A DNA stretch of 64,000 nucleotides, from contig OZ024743.1 of assembly GCA_964016885.1 (NCBI GenBank), positions 378,200,001 through 378,264,000 of the forward strand, read 5' to 3'. Positions 60,701-64,000 of the stretch are shown here, piece by piece. Under the pieces are notes generated by a model. It saw only the letters and a list, made by a program, of their open reading frames with translations. It did not search any database and was not told the origin of the DNA. Position 1 is the stretch's first letter. Every line of letters starts with the position of its first letter. Source of the DNA: Eledone cirrhosa. Taxonomy: Eukaryota. The translations under genes were made by a program, and so were the position numbers.

Positions 60701-63700
60701 ACATGGTGGGGATGTGGGGGTTAGTGTTGACTTGGTGGGGTTGTGGGGGTTAGTGTTGACATGGTGGGGTTGTGGGGGTTAGTGTTAACATGGTGGGGTT
60801 GTGAGGGTTAGTGTTGACATGGTGGGGCTGTGAGGGTTAGTGTTGACATGGTGGGGTTGTGAGGGTTAGTGTTGACATGGTGGGGTTGTGGGGGTTAGTG
60901 TTGACATGGTGGGGTTGTGGAGGTTAGTGTTGACATGGTGGGGTTGTGAGGGTTAGTATTGACATGGTGGGGATGTGGGGGTTAGTGTTGACATGGTGGG
61001 GTTGTGAGGGTTAGTGTTGACATGCTGGGGTTGTGGGGGTTAGTGTTGACCTGGTGGGGTTGTGGGGGTTAGTGTTGACCTGGTGGGGTTGTGGGGGTTA
61101 GTGTTGACATGGTGGGGTTGTGGGGGTTAGTGTTGACATGGTGGGGTTGTGGGGATTAGTATTGACATGGTGGGGATGTGGGGGTTAGTGTTGACACGGT
61201 GGGGTTGTGGGGGTTAGTGTTGACATGGTGGGGTTGTGGGGGTTAGTATTGACATGGTGGGGATGTGGGGGTTAGTGTTGACATGGTGGGGTTGTGGGGG
61301 TTAGTGTTGACATGGTGGGGTTGTGGGGGTTAGTGTTGACATGGTGGGGTTGTGGGGGTTAGTGTTGACATGGTGGCGTTGTGAGGGTTAGTGTTGACAT
61401 GGTGGGGTTGTGGGGATTAGTGTTGACATGGTGGGGTTGTGGGGGTTAGTGTTGACATGGTGGGGTTGTGGGGGATACTGTTGACTTGGTGGGTTGTGGG
61501 GAATAGAGTTGACCTGGTGGGGTTCTGGGGTCACTGTTGACTTGGGCGGGGGGATAGTGTTGACCTGGTGGGGTTGTGGGGGTTAGTGTTGACATGGTGG
61601 GGTTGTGGGGGTTAGTGTTGACATGGTGGGGTTGTGAGGGTTAGTGTTAACATGGTGGGGTTGTGGGGGTTAGTGTTGACATGGTGGGGTTGTGAGGGTT
61701 AGTGTTGACATGGTGGGGTTGTGGGGGATTAGTGTTGACATCGTGGGGTTGTGGCGGTTAGTGTTGACATGGTGGGGTTGTGGGGGTTAGTGTTGACATG
61801 GTGTGGTTGGGGTTGTGAGGGTTAGTGTTGACATGGTGGGGTTGTGGGGGTTAGTGTTGACATGGTGGGGTTGTGAGGGTTAGTGTTGACATGGTGTGGT
61901 TGGGGTTGTGGGGGTTAGTGTTGACATGGTGGGGTTGTGGGGGTTAGTGTTGACATGGTGTGGTTGGGGTTGTGAGGGTTAGTGTTGACATGGTGGGGTT
62001 GTGAGGGTTAGTGTTGACATGGTGGGGTTGGGGTTGTGAGGGTTAGTGCTGACATGGTGGGGTTGGGGTTGTGAGGGTTAGTGTTGACATGGTGGGGTTG
62101 TGGGGGTTACTGTTGACATGGTGGAGTTGTGGGGGTTAGTGTTGACATGGTGGGGTTGTGAGGGTTATTGTTGACATGGTGGGGTTGAGGGTTAGTGTTG
62201 ACATGGTGGGGTTGTGGGGGTTAGTGTTGACATGGTGGGGTTGTGAGGGTTAGTGTTGACAAGGTGGGGTTGTGAGGGTTAGTGTTGATCTGGTGGGGTT
62301 GTGGGGGTTAGTGTTGACCTGTTGGGGTTGTAGGGGTTAGTGTTGACCTGGTGGGGTTGAGGGGGTTAGTGTTGACATGGTGGGGTTGTGGGGGTTAGTG
62401 TTGACATGGTGGGGTTGTGAGGGTTAGTGTTGACATGGTGGGGTTGTGATGGTTAGTGTTGACATGGTGGGGTTGTGAGGGTTAGTGTTGACATGGTGGG
62501 GTTGTGGGGGTTAGTGTTGACATGGTGGGGTTGTGAGGGTTAGTGTTGACATGGTGGGGTTGTGGGGGTTAGTGTTGACATGGGGTTGTGAGGGTTAGTG
62601 TTGATCTGGTGGGGTTGTGAGGGTTAGTGTTGACATGGTGGGGTTGTGAGGGTTAGTGTTGACATGGTGGGGTTGTGGGGGTTAGTGTTGACATGGTGGG
62701 GTTGTGGGGGTTAGTGTTGACATGGTGGGGTTGTGAGGGTTAGTGTTGACATGGTGGGGTTGTGAGGGTTAGTGTTGATCTGGTGGGGGTGTGAGGGTTA
62801 GTGTTGACATGGTGGGGTTGTGGGGGTTAGTGTTGACATGGTGGGGTTGTGAGGGTTAGTGTTGACATGGTGGGGTTGTGGGGGTTAGTGTTGACATGGT
62901 GGGGTTGTGAGGGTTAGTGTTGACATGGTGGGGTTGTGAGGGTTAGTGTTGACATGGTGGGGTTGTGGGGGTTAGTGTTGACATGGTGGGGTTGTGAGGG
63001 TTAGTATTGACATGGTGGGGATGTGGGGGTTAGTGTTGACATGGTAGGGTTGTGGGGGTTAGTGTTGACATGGTGGGGTTGTGGGGGTTAGTGTTGACAT
63101 GGTGGGGTTGTGAGGGTTAGTGTTGACATGGTGGGGTTGTGAGGGTTAGTGTTGACATGGTGGGGTTGTGAGGGTTAGTGTTGACATGGTGGGGTTGTGG
63201 GGGGTTAGTGTTGACATGGTGGGGTTGTGGGGGTTAGTGTTGATCTGGTGGGGTTGTGAGGGTTAGTGTTGACATGGTGGGGTTGTGGGGTTAGTGTTGA
63301 CATGGTGGGGTTGTGGGGGTTAGTGTTGACATGGTGGGGTTGTGGGGGTTAGTGTTGACATGGTGGGGTTGTGAGGGTTAGTATTGACATGGTGGGGATG
63401 TGGGGGTTAGTGTTGACATGGTGGGGTTGTGAGGGTTAGTGTTGACATGGTGGGGTTGTGAGGGTTAGTGTTGACATGGTGGGGTTGTGGGGGTTAGTGT
63501 TGACATGGTGGGGTTGTGGGGGTTAGTGTTGACATGGTGGGGTTGTGGGGGTTAGTGTTGACATGGTGGGGTTGTGGGGGTTAGTATTGACATGGTGGGG
63601 ATGTGGGGGTTAGTGTTGACATGGTGGGGTTGTGGGGGTTAGTGTTGACATGGTGGGGTTGTGGGGGTTAGTGTTGACATGGTGGGGTTGTGAGGGTTAG

Positions 63701-64000
63701 TGTTGACATGGTGGGGTTGTGGGGGTTAGTGTTGACATGATGGGGTTGTGGGGGTTAGTGTTGACATGGTGGGGTTGTGGGGGTTAGTGTTGACATGGTG
63801 GGGTTGTGGGGATACTGTTGACTTGTTGGGTTGTGGGGGATAGAGTTGACCCGGTGGGGTTCTGGGGTCACTGTTGACTTGGGCGGGGGGATAGTGTTGA
63901 CCTGGTGGGGTTGTGGGGGTTAGTGTTGACATGGTGGGGTTGTGGGGGTTAGTGTTGACATGGTGGGGTTGTGAGGGTTAGTGTTGACATGGTGGGGTTG
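21760..64000 (+). repeat. G-rich 29-bp tandem satellite, >42 kb (~1450 monomers), runs off the window end
   Basis: Consensus TTAGTGTTGACATGGTGGGGTTGTG(G/A)GGG in a single orientation throughout; no transposon insertion seen. Confidence 0.99.

Noticed and set aside
21685-63932. Pro/Thr/His-rich ORFs (PPQPHQVN, TTPP) suggesting a mucin- or extensin-like gene
   Set aside because: They are translations of a 29-bp non-triplet satellite. Frames rotate each monomer, and ORFs appear only where variants remove the TAA.
21760-64000. TTGACA as a bacterial -35 box in every monomer; canonical telomere array
   Set aside because: TTGACA is a chance hexamer in an animal satellite with no -10 element. There is no run of (TTAGGG)n.

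Overview
Eukaryotic (animal) repeat-only window with no intact host gene. The SINE and RTE families resemble those of octopod cephalopods, an inference from recall rather than a search. Bases 1-21.7 kb are a nested retroelement/transposon graveyard: a decayed near-full-length Naiad-type Penelope-like element (RT + GIY-YIG), a second Penelope GIY-YIG fragment, and pLTR-like DNA carrying three type I hammerhead ribozyme motifs (one apparently intact at 8941-9022). This part also holds several RTE-clade LINE copies with a PHD-like finger, an R4/Dong-like RLE fragment, two tRNA-SINE families, hAT-type MITEs, Helitron-like ends, compound (TA)n microsatellites and a 1.8-kb 38/40-bp minisatellite resembling a SINE A-box. 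From ~21.76 kb to the window end (>42 kb) is one strand-polarised G-rich 29-bp satellite (TTAGTGTTGACATGGTGGGGTTGTG(G/A)GGG). It has telomere-like GGGTTAG/GGGGTT motifs, a divergence gradient and nested higher-order duplications of ~1.76, 2.5-3.4 and 12.8 kb. I see no clearly new protein system. The best leads are the possibly (sub)telomeric satellite and the unusual long-stem-II hammerheads.
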